Below are positions 39,654-53,665 of a DNA stretch of 64,000 nucleotides, piece by piece. The notes under the pieces were generated by a model, which ran no database searches, had not been told where the DNA came from, and was given only the letters and a program-made list of their open reading frames with translations. The translations under genes were made by a program, and so were the position numbers. Each line of letters opens with the position of its first letter. Positions within the stretch are counted from its first letter, which is position 1. Source of the stretch: Felis catus (taxonomy: Eukaryota); the NCBI RefSeq assembly GCF_018350175.1, contig NC_058368.1:187490001-187554000 (forward strand), read 5' to 3'.

Positions 39654-39867
39654 GGGTGCCTGGGTGGCTCAGTCAGTTGAGCGTCCAACTTTGGCTTAGG
39701 TCATGATCTCACGGTTTGTGGGTTCAAGCCCCACGTCAGGCTTTGTGCTGACAGCTCAGAGCCTGGAGCCTGCTTCATATTCTGTGTCTCCCTCTCTCTC
39801 TGCCATCCCCATGCTCGCGCTCTGCCTCTCTGTGTCTCTCAAAAAGTAAATGGACATTAAAAAAAAA
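39654..39867 (+). mobile_element. Can-SINE
   Basis: Head, body and tail. Confidence 0.9.
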
Positions 39868-40619
39868 GGGGGGGGATGTTAATTTGAGAGAGAAAAAGGA
39901 AGAAAGAAAAGGAGGAGGAGAAGGGGAAAGGGAAAGGAGGTCAGAAAGCAGGTCTGCATAAACATCTTCCCACCAAGCTGCTTCCCCTCTACAAACATTT
40001 CTGCTCTGCTTCCTTTAAAGCTTTGGCTGGGGAAAAACAACACTAGCCATGATGCTGGTGAAAGATTGTAGATAAAAGGCTAGCAAAACATATACAAAGC
40101 ATTAACAGAGTAAATATTTATAGATCAAAGTAAAATTTAAGAGTAATTTTAAGCCAAAAGTACTTTGCCTTTCCCATGTACTCTTCCTAAAAGCATAAAA
40201 GGACCCTAAAACTACCCAAAAGCTTTCAACCAAGTGGAATGATCCAGAGCAATATAGGAACATCATCTTCTTCAAAAAGCATCCCAAGACAAAATATCAT
40301 TTACAGCAAATGGTATTAAGGAAATGATTTTGTAGAAAATTACTTTAAGTCCCAACCTGGGTCTGGTAAAAACCATGGTATAATATTGAAGCAAAGGGTC
40401 TGAAGCTCAGGTTGAATTTCTTCACTTCTACTTACCAAGGGGACAACTTACTTGATCTCTTTCCCCTCTGTTGCTTTATCAGGGATAGAAAAAAATTATA
40501 GTATCTCACAGGGTTTTCACTAGCACTAAATGAGTTGGTATGTGTAAAATGTTTAGAACTATGGCCAACATATAGTAGGGTACTCCATAAATGAATGATT
40601 GATTATCCTCGTAGATGGT

Positions 40620-41112
40620 TATTATGGCCGCCAAGCATTCATTTCCCTTCCAAACACTATTCTGGAGTGGAATTGATCCTATACTCCCCTCCAAAGGTGG
40701 TCATTGACTGGTTTAAATCACAAAAAAATGATGATTGGCTCAGGAAAGGACATATGACCCATTCAGGCCAATGAGAGAGGAGCAATTCTGAGGCTTGAGA
40801 AGAGTCCCCAGAAGAAACCCTCTCTCACCTGCTAGACAATATAGTATATGGATGTGGAGCTGTAGCTGCCATAGCCATTTGGCTACCATAAGGAGAAGTC
40901 TGGGGCTGCCAGAAAGCCCCAGGCAGATAAGAGCTGAAAATGAAGCCATCACTAAAGAAAGCTCTTGATAATATCACTGGAATCCCTGGATCAGGCCCAC
41001 CTGAGGCTAGCCTGCTGCTACACAATTCAGTTACATGAAGCAATAAACTGTTATTTAAGCCAATTTGGTCTGGCCTTCTGTAACTTGCACATAAAAAGCT
41101 CTAATTGATTCA
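40620..41112 (+). mobile_element. old MaLR LTR (MLT1-like)
   Basis: CAGTTACATGAAGCAATAAA..TTTAAGCCAATTTG..TAACTTGCA 3' end. Confidence 0.6.
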
Positions 41113-43074
41113 CTTTTCTGAGATGAATAACGCTTTGCATTTCTTTCTCTTTGCATGTTCTAGACATTCTCTACATTAGAAGTTGATTGAGTCTCAGACC
41201 CTCTTTCTCTGAAAAAATGAAAGAAAATAAGCCTTCAATTACTGTCACCCTTTCTTACCTCAACTATTTCAACCCACCCCAATTTCTAAGGTACCTTCCA
41301 AAACCATGACTTGAAAAATGGTCCAGGTATTTAGACTAAGAAAAGCACAGAAACTAAATCGAATGTGTAAAACTCCATGTTGTGTGTATATGTCTTTTAA
41401 TGCAGTAACTACTCAAGAAGAGAAAACAAGAAATATGATTTGCAACAATATATTTAACCATTTTGATAAAATTGCACTATGAAATTGATGTCTCTGGGAT
41501 TCTATGATGAGCTACTTGAAGGACAGGGCACGTTATCACACAACTTTAAAGCACCACAGCACCTAAGCCAGTGTTTCCCAGCTAAGAGACACCAACCCTC
41601 ACTTGCCCATGAAATGCCCATCCTTTAGGCTACACCCTGCTCAGACCACAACTGCAGCCATTTACTGAGCATCGACTGTCCACCAGGCACTTTGCCGGGC
41701 AATTCACACATGTTCTCTTAGATAATTTACCTCAAAGCACATCTGCATGGTAAATACTAAACTCCCATTCCTATTTATAGAGGAGGAAACAGGGCCAAAT
41801 TGCCCCAGGGACACATAGGTAGTAAATGATAGCACTAAGATTAGAACCCTGACCTAATATGTAAAAGACACATTGACTGTGAAACACACATCACATGAGT
41901 ATCAGGAGAAGAACAAAAGATCATGTGGTTGCAAGATGTAAAGGTCAAGGGTATTTGAGGTGAGAGGCAGTGTGATGTAGAGGAAAAACGACTCGAGCTC
42001 ACATCACTCTGCTATGATAGAGCTTCGTGACCTTAAATAAGAAAAAGAATCATTCATCTGTTTGTTCAACAAATGTTCGTTAAAGGTCTACTATGGTGCT
42101 TAATATTCAAGAAACAATAGTGAATAAAACAAACATGGTTCCCTTCTCCCTGTGGAATTTGCAATCCCATGAAGATCCTAGAAAGGGAAAGCCCTTTCTG
42201 GTTCACCTACTCCAATTCTCCCTTTGACAGTTGGAAAGACTGAGACCCGAGCAAGGGAAAGACTTGCTCAAAGTCACACAATGAGTTGGTGAGTGGCAGA
42301 GCTGGACGAAAGCCCAGCTTTTCATATGACCTACTGCAAAGTTTCACAAGTGGGAGGAAGGTTAACTGGCTGCCCCCATCTCATAGGACTCCCCAAACAG
42401 CCAAGATGGAGTATCTGAAAGCAGCTGAAAGGTGTAAAGATGTTCATGGCACACGCAAGCACACACATACAAAGCACCTTATATGTACTCCAGTTAGAGA
42501 TTGTTAAGTAAACTATGGCACATTCACATGATGAATGTTTTTGCTACTACAACAAGTCATGACAAATGTTAGTTTTGTTGGCTAGGTCTGGAGAATGGCC
42601 ATGGGGTTTTGTGAAGCAGGGGGGCAGGCAAGTTGCATAATGAACATATAACATAATCCCATTTCTTGTTAGCTTTTTCATTTCAAGAAGAAAACATAGA
42701 TGTGTTTCATATATTCATATTTGAAGATAAAGAAATATGTGAAAAAATACACATCATTGGTTTTCTCAGGGGGTAGCACTGGAAGAGAGGAGTAATTCTT
42801 AACTTCTTTACATACAAACTTTACTTATGATCATTCTTTTTTGAATAGGTAATATATCGGCATGGCTCAAAATTCAAAAGAGAGAAAACTATGTAAGGTA
42901 AGAAGTGTCATACTCATTCTCCAGAGGCTCTAAGTTCCCATGGACTGCCAGTTTCCTATGTATTTTTTAAGAGATATTTAATTCAAACACAGTGATCCCT
43001 GTATTAATGCAGGATACAAAACACCGCACCTTGCATTTGTTCACTTGACAACAAACACATCTTAGATATCATAC

Positions 43075-43414
43075 TGTCTCAGTCGATTTGGGCTGCTGTA
43101 ACACAATACCATAGACTTGGTGGCTTCAATAACATTTATTTGTCACAGTTCTGGATGCTGGAAATCCAAGATCAGGGTGCAAGCACTGTCAGGTTCTTGA
43201 TGAGGACCCTTTTCTTGGTTTGTAAATGGATGCCTCATATGATGGAGAACAGAGTCTCTTCTCCTAAGGGCACTAATCTCATCACAAGGGTTCTACCACC
43301 ATGACCTAATTACCTCCTTAAAGGCCTCATCTCTCAATGCCATCTCATTGGATATTAGGCTTTCAACATCCACATTTGAGGGCAGGGGGGATACAAATAT
43401 TGAGTTCATACCAC
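43075..43414 (-). mobile_element. MaLR LTR (MLT1A/MST-like)
   Basis: GGGCTGCTGTAACACAATACCATAGACTTGGTGGCTT..CAGTTCTGGATGCTGGAAATCCAAGATCAGG. Confidence 0.85.
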
Positions 43415-45771
43415 AGATCCCATTCATGCAAAACAAACTTTCTTTTCTACAGCTGGATTTATGTGACCAATGCCTTACTCATGGTCATCTAAGTTGCTTC
43501 CTAGTTTTGTCTCAATGACCAATGCTGAAAAGAGTAAAATTTTTAAATTACTGTTTTAAAATTACATCAGATTATGTCACTCTTCAGTCAAACTATGTCA
43601 AAAATCTTCAGTGGAACCTGGTTTCATTCAGAGCAAAAGTGAAAACCCTTCGAGTGGCCTGTATGACCCAGTGAGATCTGCACCCACCCCACCTCTCTGC
43701 TCTGGGAGCTTATTTTCTACCATCACCCCTGCCCTCTCCAGTGAGTGACAAAGGCCTCTGTGCTGTTCCTGAGAACTTTCTTCCATCTCCACTGCTCACT
43801 CCATCATAGTTCTGAGCAAACCTCACCTTCGCAAGGAGGCGCCCCACAGTTTGCATAGCACACACACCCCAGGACCTCCTATCTCCTGTATCCACATGCC
43901 ACCATGTTTCCACAGTATGTATCACCTTCTAACATAACACATAACTTTCTGGTTTATCATGGTAGCTGTCATCTGAACACAGTAAATGGCATATAGGACA
44001 CACTTAATGGATATGAGTGAATCACACATAGGTGTGAGCATATTTTATTACACATCTTTTTAACAATTAAAGGATTTTAGAGTATAGAAAAAAGGAAAGA
44101 CATACTGTATTTGGAGAAAGGAGCAGGGAAGTTAGAGATACAGTCACTGTTCAAAACAAGACCTTTACCTATAACCATAGGGCACATTGCATGTGATTTG
44201 TTTGAATCACCTTGCACACATCTCAGGCCATCCTCATTATAATCTGTGAGTTAAGTGAGTACAATTGTTACTTATTCCCTTGTGGGACTGAGGGACTTGG
44301 GCTCAGAGCAGTTCAGTGATCACACAGTGGGAGAGGGGAGAGTCCACAGCATGGATTCAAATACAGTCACCCTCGTTCTAGAACCATGCTTTTACCTACT
44401 AAGCTTCAACTAAGATTTCCATTCAGGTCAGTGGCCTCTTGAATGCATTTAGGATTCACTAGCATTTAGTGAAATCCTAGAAAGTCACTAATAAATCACT
44501 ACAATACGAAATCTTTAGCTTTATTTTCACATGAGCACACAACGTCCAGAGAATCACGAGCCTGCTCCAGGCTGAGAAGTAACTCCCTGAAGGTCACACA
44601 GCAGAGTGCGATGCAGGTACCATTTGAATCCAGATATTTTTCAGTTTTGGGCTTACCCTTAAGTACCATATCACGCTGTCTGCACATGGGCCACAATGAA
44701 AAAAAATAAATACGTGGGTCATGTGCTCATAAAGTCCAAAGAGCTCCCAGGAGGCTCTTTGTCCCCAAGGACTCACAGCAGCCACTCAAGCTGCCATGCA
44801 TGGTCTCTGGCAAGTTTTGACTTGTAAGGTTCTTTCAACAGGAAGCATTGCCAGCTCAGATCTTACCTTGATCGGTGCAGAGGCTGGGAACTCTTAAAGC
44901 CACGTCAACAGGCATGAGAGAGATAATACCATAGCCAGCCTCGAAATGTTATCTGAGAGGCAACAGATGGTCATCCTCCAGGCCATCAGAGTGCCTGAGT
45001 GACGGGCAGTGTCAGCACACACCAGCCCCCGGGGACCCAGTGACTGTCACTCTCCACATCTCCCAACAGGACAACGTAAATCATATATCCCTCTTGGGTA
45101 ATGCATCCTTTCAGGGCAGAGGGCAGCCAACATTTAACATGTCATCGACCTAGAGCAGGCTCATGAGGCTCTTGATGCTGTTTGCTCTTGTGAAATAAAA
45201 GCATTAGGGCTACACTTCTATATGGGTGGTTGCCTAGGGTTTCACATACTTAGAAATGCCACCAGCCCAGGAGTTGGGAGGCCTGTGTTAAGACAGTATC
45301 AATTATTTTCTGACAGCCACATGACATCTGAGTCTCAGTTTGTTCATCTGTAGAGTCGGCAGCTGGCCAAGGGCTGTGAATTTAGGCTCAGTTCCACTCT
45401 GAGCCCTGGCCCTGGTTGATCCCAGGGCCTGGGACCCACTGTTCTCTTGCTGCATCATCCCTCACTCTAGCCAGTGCTGGAGGCAAGCTAAGCCCCTAAT
45501 TAGGGTCTCAGAAAAAGCAGGGACACCAAACAAGGAATGCTTTAAAAACAATAGATGCTTGAACAAAAGCAATCAGGTGGTCCCTGTGGGGAAACATCTG
45601 AACTTTTTTTGTTATATTCATTTGTGATTTTTTACAAATGGGGGGGGGGGGAGGGGGTCACCATAATCATTCCATGTTTATAATCTTATCTGACCCTGTT
45701 CTGAAACCTAGAGGCTTCTGACCTCCTCCCTTCCTTCATTTGAGAAGATCTTTTAAAACCTTTGTGCCCTT

Positions 45772-46005
45772 GGGGCACCTGGGTGGCTCAGTCAGTTAAG
45801 CGGCTGACTTCAGCTCCGGTCATGATCTCACAGTTTGTGGGTTCAAGCCCCACATCAGGCTCTGTGCTGACAGCTCAGAGCCTGGAGCCTGCTTTGGATT
45901 CTGTGTCTCCCTCTCTCTCTGCCCCTCTCCCACTTGCACTCTGTCTCTCTCAAAAATAAACAAACATTAATTTTTTTAAAAATAAAATATAAAAAAATAA
46001 ATAAA
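45772..46005 (+). mobile_element. Can-SINE
   Basis: Head, body and tail; TSD AAAACCT(T/C)TGTGCC. Confidence 0.9.
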
Positions 46006-46059
46006 ACCTCTGTGCCTTGGTCTCCTATTTTTAAAAGGGGAACAATTGCCCAGAGTTAC

Positions 46060-46555
46060 CCCATAATGGTACATATTTATAGGTGAGGAGATATAGATCA
46101 CTCACCATAAGGTAAGAAGGGTGTGACAGGGTATTCTTTACAGCATTGTTTATAATAGCGCAATAGGGTAAACAAGATAAATGTCCATCACCACAGGGTT
46201 CATTAACTTGATCATGAGCACATTCATTCTCTAGAATCCTAGGTGCCCTTAAAGTGAATACAGATCTGTATGTGCAGAATAGAACATTCTCCAGAACCCA
46301 TTTATAAATGAAAAAATCAAGATGCAGAGCAGTGCATAGTAGACTCCCACTTGTGTTTCTTTTAAAGAAATCTATATTCACATATGCTGATTTATACATG
46401 GAATATTTCCAGAAGGATAAACAAGAAACTGTTACCAGAGGTTGGCTCTGGGGATTAGACAAGGCGGCCTGAATGAGAGGGAACAAAGCCTCATTTCCAT
46501 TCTATATACTCTTGTACTGTTTAATTTTTCTATTACTCACATGCAGAACTTCTAT
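46060..46555 (+). mobile_element. ancient L1ME-like 3' fragment
   Basis: CAGCATTGTTTATAATAGC..AAATGTCCATCA. Confidence 0.6.
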
Positions 46556-47805
46556 TTAAATAAACAAAAGGGCCACATCTATGTACCATATTGCTATCAA
46601 TATTAATGATGGAAGATAATGAAAGATCATATTCTGTCAATACTAATTAGAGAGAACTCCCTCATTTCAAAGACTGTGGAGCATTGACTGTGCAATGACT
46701 ATGGGCTAGCCATGTGGAGAGGCCTGGGGCTGGCTCCTTCCTTATTAGGGCATGGTAGTTACCAGCTCACACATTGGAGGGAAGTGGGGTAGACTTGAGG
46801 TGTGCCAAGCATCTACCACTGGGAAACTGTGGGGAAATCAGGTCACCTCCCTGAACCACTGTTTCTTTATCTGTGAAATGAGGATAAAGAGCCTGCTCCC
46901 CGGCCTCACTCCAAACTGCTGCGGTGAAGAACGAAGGAGATAAGGCAGGTGAAGTGCCCAGCCCTGGTTCTTAGCAAATGGCAATGAGCACAGGCCACCG
47001 CTATGACAGGTATCTTTCTCTATTTGAACTCTAGCTACTTGTTCTTCCAAAATCAGGAACCTCATAGTTTATGGTAATCCATACCCCTTCCTATCCAAAC
47101 TCGCTATCTGAATTCAGGAACAAAACAGATTTGGAGAGGAAGGATTATTCTCACTCTTAGGAAGCTTAGAAGAGAAATCTAAGCTAAGACTTGCAAGGTA
47201 GGTTGGCAGGTTCAGTTGGAATGAGAGGGGGGACCTCCTTGCTGAGGAAGCAGTATGCATTAAGAGAATGCAGCACCAGGAGCCTGAAGAATGGCCAAGA
47301 GCCCAGTGTTGGTACCCTCATCCCATGAGACCAGTGGACCCATCAGGGTAAGACTTCAAATGCTGTGAGGAGGAGCTTCCAAAATAAACTGATTCTGAAA
47401 GTTGAGGAGCAATGGAATTTCCTGACCTAACAAAGCGTGATGAGGGCAGTGGCAGTGTGAATGGAAAAGGGAAGATGAAGCCTAAGAGAGCCCAGGATGT
47501 GGACTAGCTAGGGTTCGGATGTTTTGCTGGGGAAGGTGAGGAGGAAGCTGAAGACAAACTCCAGATTTCTAGTTAATGCAATAAATCTGAGTTTTCCATA
47601 CTAGGTGGAGGGAACAGTGGGGGTACATGTGAATATAATGTTGCCAAACACAATCCACTCCTTCTGTTTTAACTTCCAAACCATCAGGAGATCTGAGCAA
47701 GCTTCTCTTTAATTCATCCCATAAATATTTATTGAGCACTTACTGTGCATCAAGTGCTATGCCATGAGCCAGAAAGGTAACAGTTAAGAAAATACAGCGA
47801 TTCCG

Positions 47806-47915
47806 GGTGATGTATGGAATTGTTGAATCACTATACTGTACACCTGAAACTAACATAACACTGTATGTTAACTAACTGGAATTGAAACAAAATTTTAAAA
47901 AAGGGGGAAAAAAAC
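47806..47915 (+). mobile_element. carnivore L1 3' terminus
   Basis: GAATCACTATACTGTACACCTGAAACTAACATAACACTGTATGTTAAC plus A-rich tail. Confidence 0.8.
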
Positions 47916-48399
47916 GAAAACCCAGTGCTTGATCTTATAGTCCTTAAAATCTACTGTGGACTCCAGGCAGGTTAACAATCACAATCGTGCTGGGACAGGA
48001 GAATTCACGGGAGATTGAGATTTCAAGTAGGGGCACCTTCTCCAAACTTGCGTGTTGGTGAAGCCTTAGGAAAGGACTTCAAAGCTGAGAAGAGAAACAG
48101 AAGGATTTAAGAGGACAAAGAGCGAGGAAAGAATATTCCAGAGTAGACAGCAAACATAGTGGTCAGCAGATGTGGAGGAGGCAAAGAGGCACGATTTGGG
48201 GGGATGGAGATGGGGCAGTGAGGAGTGAGAAGAAAGGAGGCCACAGTGGGACCAGGTCATGCTGGAAGGGGCTGGGACTTTGCATACAGGCATCAGTCTC
48301 TGGGCATTTTTCATGCACCAGCATGACCTAGTAAAGACCTTACCCTTGCAGCTCCAGTTTGTACACTCAGAAGGATTGCCTCTGGGCACATGGCCCTGG

Positions 48400-48800
48400 G
48401 AGATGCTCCACCATGTGCAGAAGCAATAGTCAGGCCAACGAATTGGAACCAAGTTTGGATTTGAAAACAACGACTTTGCTTTTGTATCAGATTTCTAACT
48501 AGGGATTTTTTTTTTTAGCCCCATCAAAGTCATGTGCACTGAGTTCCTTCTTTCACTCCCTCTAAAAACAAAACAAAATAAAACAGTAATGCAAAATCCA
48601 CGTGAAGGCGGGTATCTTGTTGTGACAAGGTGGGACATTCGTAAGTTACAGAACCTTTTCTACAGACTTCTCCCATCCCTTCCTTGGACAATAATAGCTC
48701 CCAAAATTCTTACAATCATTCTCTCACCCTCAAGACATAGAAAGTTAAGAGCTGGTTTTATTCCAATGTTGGTTCTGATGCTTGAAAATATTTTGTAACT
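48400..48800. promoter_or_regulatory. candidate distal enhancer of miR-146a
   Basis: Non-repeat island ~15 kb upstream of the TSS. Minus strand GGGGCTAAAAAAAAAAATCCCTAGTTAGAAATCTGATACAAAAGC resembles the human rs2431697 flank as I recall it. E-box CACGTG at 48599-48604. Confidence 0.6.
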
Positions 48801-50112
48801 TGCCCAAGTTCATCTAGCATTTTGTGGGTCTACAGGCAGGACAGCTTGACTTACTCTCTTTTTCTACTTCTCTCTCCTACTCTCTTCCTTTCATTTTCTC
48901 TTCTCCTTCCCCACTCTCAGTTGCACATAATGGAGACTCACTTGTTTGCCTTTAACATGGAGGTGGGGGAGAAAGTGCAAGGGAATTAATAAGGCTGCTC
49001 ATGACCTGCAGTGGGAGCAGCAGGAGGAGCTGGAGCCTTCCACAGACACTGGCCCTGAATCCAAGGAGGCTGCAAAAATAGCAGGGCAGGAGGTGGTCCT
49101 CGCCCTCAGGTCTCTACCCTGCCATTGCTGTGACTCAGCTCTTTTAAGGGAATTTCACTCTCTCTCCTCCCCCTACCAACACTTCTCACAGCAGTGTTTT
49201 GCAAAATTTGATCCCTGGGACATTAAAGAGACATGACAATTAAGTGGAATTCATGACCCTGGTTGGGCTCCCGGGCTGGATAAAGAAGACACTATTCAGG
49301 AATACTGATGAGATTGGAAGAACGAATGAAGAGGAAAGAAGAGTACTTTATCAGTGTGAGAGCTCCTGAATCAGGGCACTCTACCATGGTTGTTTAAGAG
49401 AATAGCCTTCTTCTTAGGAAAACATTCTGAAGGTTCTAGGAATAAAGGGGCTTGATGTATACAAACTACTTTCAGTTCAGGGAAAAAAAAAATTTTCTGT
49501 GCATCTTATATGTGGAAAGGGTGAGAGAGAGAGAAGCAAATGTGGTAAAATGTTTACAGCCAGTCAATCTGGGGAAAGGTACACAGAATTTCTTACAACT
49601 ATTCTTGCAACTTTTCTTTAAGTTTGAAAATGGTTTTTTAAGAAATAAAGCTATGGGAAACAAATTAGTTTTTAAAGGAACAAAAACGTGGTCCTGGACC
49701 AGACAAACACATCAGAATCTCCCAGGGGGTGGTTTAAAATACCATACAGTTCCCAAGTCCCAACCCAGAGCCATGGAATCTGCAATTCCAGGGCTGAGCT
49801 CTGCGAACAGGCATGTCAAATAAGCTATCTCAAGTGACTCAGTATGCGCTAAAAAGGGTAACTTACATCTGCTACATCAGGACCAGTCTGGGTTCCTCTC
49901 ATATATTTCTTACATCAAAACTCTCAGTAAAGAGAAACTCCAATGGCTTTCCCCATCTTTTCAAACCAGGCTCCATCACAAACTGCTACAAACCTATCAA
50001 TTGACTACTTTGGGGTCAAATGTCTGGTCCAACATCATTGACTAAGGACCAGGGTACCACTGTCCTCTTTAGGATACCTTTTTTGACCAAACTAGATTTA
50101 TCCTTTAAAAGA

Positions 50113-50408
50113 TGTGCTGACAGCTCAGAGCCTGGAGCCTGCTTTGGATTCTGTGTCTCCGTCTCTCACTGCCCCTCCCCCGCTCATGTTCTGTCTCTGT
50201 CTCTCTCAAAAATAAACCTTTTTTTCTTTTTTTAAGTTTAAAAAAATATAAAGATTAAAAAAAAGGTGATGAGGGGGCACCTGGCTGGCTCAGCTGGTGG
50301 AGCATGTGAGTCTTGATCTTGGGGTTATAAGTTCAAGCCCCACATTGACTGTAGAGATTACTTAAAAATAATTTTTAAAATCTTTTAAAAAATGAAAAAT
50401 AAATAAAA
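50113..50408 (+). mobile_element. 5'-truncated SINE followed by a short SINE
   Basis: SINE 3' half at 50113-50240; second head at 50273. Confidence 0.85.
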
Positions 50409-50527
50409 GGTGATGAGAAGAAAAGACCTGTTATTGACTCATCTAGTACAACTTTAATAATGACCCACAGGGCAAAGCCTTTTTCAACAGATGCCATATG
50501 TTTCCTTTTGCAAAAAGAATATTGGCT

Positions 50528-50685
50528 TGGTTGGTGGGGGGTGGGAGGGAGGGGAAAGTGGGTGATGGGCATTGAGGGGGGCACCTGTTGGGATGAGCAC
50601 TGGGTGTTGTATGAAAACCAATTTGACAATAAGTTATATATAAAAAAATTAAAATTAAAATAAAATACAAATAAATTAAAAAAAA
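50528..50685 (+). mobile_element. very short felid L1 3' end
   Basis: G-rich L1 3' UTR and tail; TSD AAAAAGAATATTGGCT. Confidence 0.88.
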
Positions 50686-50961
50686 AAGAATATTGGCTCT
50701 GGAAACTGCAGGTAATAGGGAAGAGGTTTTAACCAATCTAATTGTAACCTTTGAAAAGCAGAAACTTGAGAAGTCTATACAACTTTAGAGCAAATATTTT
50801 CCCCAAGTACCAATGATTTTATTCTGTATTCATTGACCATGTTATGCATTTGAGTGCATGAAGTACAAAGTGGCCAACAAGCTTATCAAGGCTTCGTGAA
50901 CATCCAGCTTTCCAATGAGGAAATACTACCTGGATGATGCCATTTGGCTTTAGGAACTATT

Positions 50962-51174
50962 TTCTTTCTTTCTTTTTTTTTTTTTTTTTTTAAGCTTATT
51001 TATTCTGAGAGGGGGGTGGAGGAAAGAGAGAAAGGAAAGAGAGAGAATCCCAAGCAGGCTCCGCACTGTCAGTGCAGAGCCCAATAGGGGGCTCAAACTC
51101 ACAAACCATGAGATCATGACCTGAGCTGAAATCAAGAGTCAGATGCTTAACTGACTGAGCCACCCAGGCACCCC
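50962..51174 (-). mobile_element. Can-SINE
   Basis: TSD GGAACTAT. Confidence 0.9.
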
Positions 51175-53129
51175 TCGGAACTATATTCTTGAAATACTAT
51201 ACTGCTGGCTTAAATCAAGAGGTTGGTTTAAACCCCAGGAGGCAACAGGTCAAGAAGGAGAGATGAGAAGACCATCCTAATTCCTTTGTTTCCTCTCCCA
51301 CCGAAACTCACACCCATTCCTGCCCATCTAATCCACCAGCCAGTCATGTAAATTCTATTTATGAAACAAATTGCCAAGGCAACTGCTTTTCTCCAATTTC
51401 ACTGTCACCAGCCAATTCCAAATGACCATTCTTTCTCCCTCAACCATATGTCTCCTGCTTCTATTCTTTCCACACATACAGCAACTACATTTTTTTTTTA
51501 ACTTTTTATTTTAAATAATGCCAAACCAACAGAAGAACATCTACTTCTGGCCACAATGGAGTAACTGGAACTAGATTTACTCTCCCACATGAAACAACTG
51601 AAAAACCAAACAAAATATATGAAACAAAGGTTTTCAAGACCCTGGGCATGACGTGATGAAAGTCAGTGATACCTTAGAGATGGGAAACAGTTGAGGGAAG
51701 TCCCACAGTTGCCCCAGCTCACTCCCTTTCTAAACTTTCCAGGCCGTGACATGGGAAGGAACAACCCAGCAAACTTCTCACCTCCAGTTGAGAAAACAGA
51801 TCTGAGAGTGCTTTAAGTCCATAGTGGCCAGAGGTCACAAGAGACACCAGAGAGAAAGAGGTACACAGAGAGAGCCCCAGAGCTCTACACAGCATCCCGC
51901 TTGACTGTTCAGGAGAGTACTGATCATGGCAGGCAAGTGAGAAAGCTATTCGAGGCTGGGGGAAGAACCACCAGAAAGGATTCAATTGAACAATAGCTGT
52001 CATTCACTCGGCATCAGCATAACTAGTGCCTGCCCACCCCACCAATCAGGCTGGGAAACATCATAATTCATGGGGCATTGGTAAAATAAAAAGAAGGGTC
52101 TTACCTTAGTAGAGACCTATAATTAGCACTAGACTAGGTGCTGCCCTGGTCCTAACAACTCTTAAAAGCTCTAAAAGGATTAAACTATTTCCAAGTAACT
52201 GCATCCCAGAGCCAAGCTCAAGACATTTCCTATAGGAAAAGAAAACTATCCAGCACCCAAAAAGTTAAAACTCACAATGTCTGGCATCCAATAACAAATT
52301 ACCAGGCATGCAAACAAGCAGGAAAATGAGACTCATACAGAGGAGAAAGAACAACCAGTTGAAACTCGTGCAGAATGGACAAATACAGTAGAATTAATAA
52401 AGATGAAGACAGCTACTATAACTATGGTCTATATACTCAGAGTTAATTTGAGTCAGAGAATGTATTTTTAAGACTCAAATCGAACTTCTAGATTTGAAAA
52501 CTATATATGAAAATTATGTTGGATGGGATTAGGAGCAGATTAGAAAAAATGAATACTTCTTCTGGATAATCATATTTGTCTGTAGATATTTCTTATTTCC
52601 TCTATTCTTTCTCCACAGTCCTTCCCTTTCTAAAAAAAGTAATCAAGACATATTTTTAAAATTCATTGTCTTAAACAAATGAGTGCAAAGTAGTCAAAAG
52701 AGGCTAATGGATTCCCTCAAAGTTTCATAACTATTTAATAATAGGATCCAAACTAGAATCAAGGAATACTGGCATTCAGAGATATTTCCCTGTTATATAA
52801 AAGTGCTTCTTCTTAGTATTAGTTATATAATAATAAAGCAGTAATGAAATATTTTGATACAAGTTATTAGATAAAACAGTTCAGGTATTGCTCTTAGAAA
52901 TGGACCTCAATTAACACCAGATGAAGCTGTTAAAGATCTAAGAAACTGTGTGCTAAAATTAAAACATAATGATCATCCAAAAGGGCTGTTAGAACTATTT
53001 TTCCTCCTGAAATCTTTAAAAGAAGGATATTTTTTATTCCAATTTTGAGGAATAGTTTAGGCAAAATCATGCTTATGGGCACATTGTTTCTGCTTTGTTG
53101 TTAAAGAGAAATAAAAATTATATTTTCTA

Positions 53130-53131
53130 AT

Positions 53132-53168
<37 letters not shown>

Positions 53169-53358
53169 AGAGAGTGCGCGCACATGCACGCACAAGTTGG
53201 GGAAGGGCAGAGAGAGAGAGGGAGACACAGAATCTGAAGCAGGCTCCAGGCTCTGAGCTGTCAGCACAGAGCCCAATTCGGGGCTCAAACAACAAACTGT
53301 GAGATCATGACCTGAGCCAAAGTTGGACACTTAACTGACTGAGCCACCCAGGTGCCCC
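53130..53358 (-). mobile_element. Can-SINE
   Basis: (TTTA)n tail and reverse head. Confidence 0.9.
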
Positions 53359-53455
53359 TCGAATATTATTTTATATGGCAACTTTTATCATCATAATTTC
53401 TGGCAATTTCAAAAAGACACTTTTAAAAAATCTTCATTATAATTCTCCACCCTTC

Positions 53456-53665
53456 CAGGCACCTGGGTGGCTCAGTCACTTAAGCGTCCAACTTTGGCTC
53501 CAGTCATGATCTTGAGGTTTGTGTGTTTGAGCCCCGTATCGGGCTCTGTGCTGACAGCTCTGAGCCTGGAGCCTGCTTGGGATCCTGTGTCTCCCTCTCT
53601 CTTTGCTCCTCCCTGACTCGTTCTCTCTCTTTCAAAAATAAACAAACATAAAAAAATAAATAAAA
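53456..53665 (+). mobile_element. Can-SINE
   Basis: Head, body and tail; TSD AATTCTCCAC. Confidence 0.9.
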
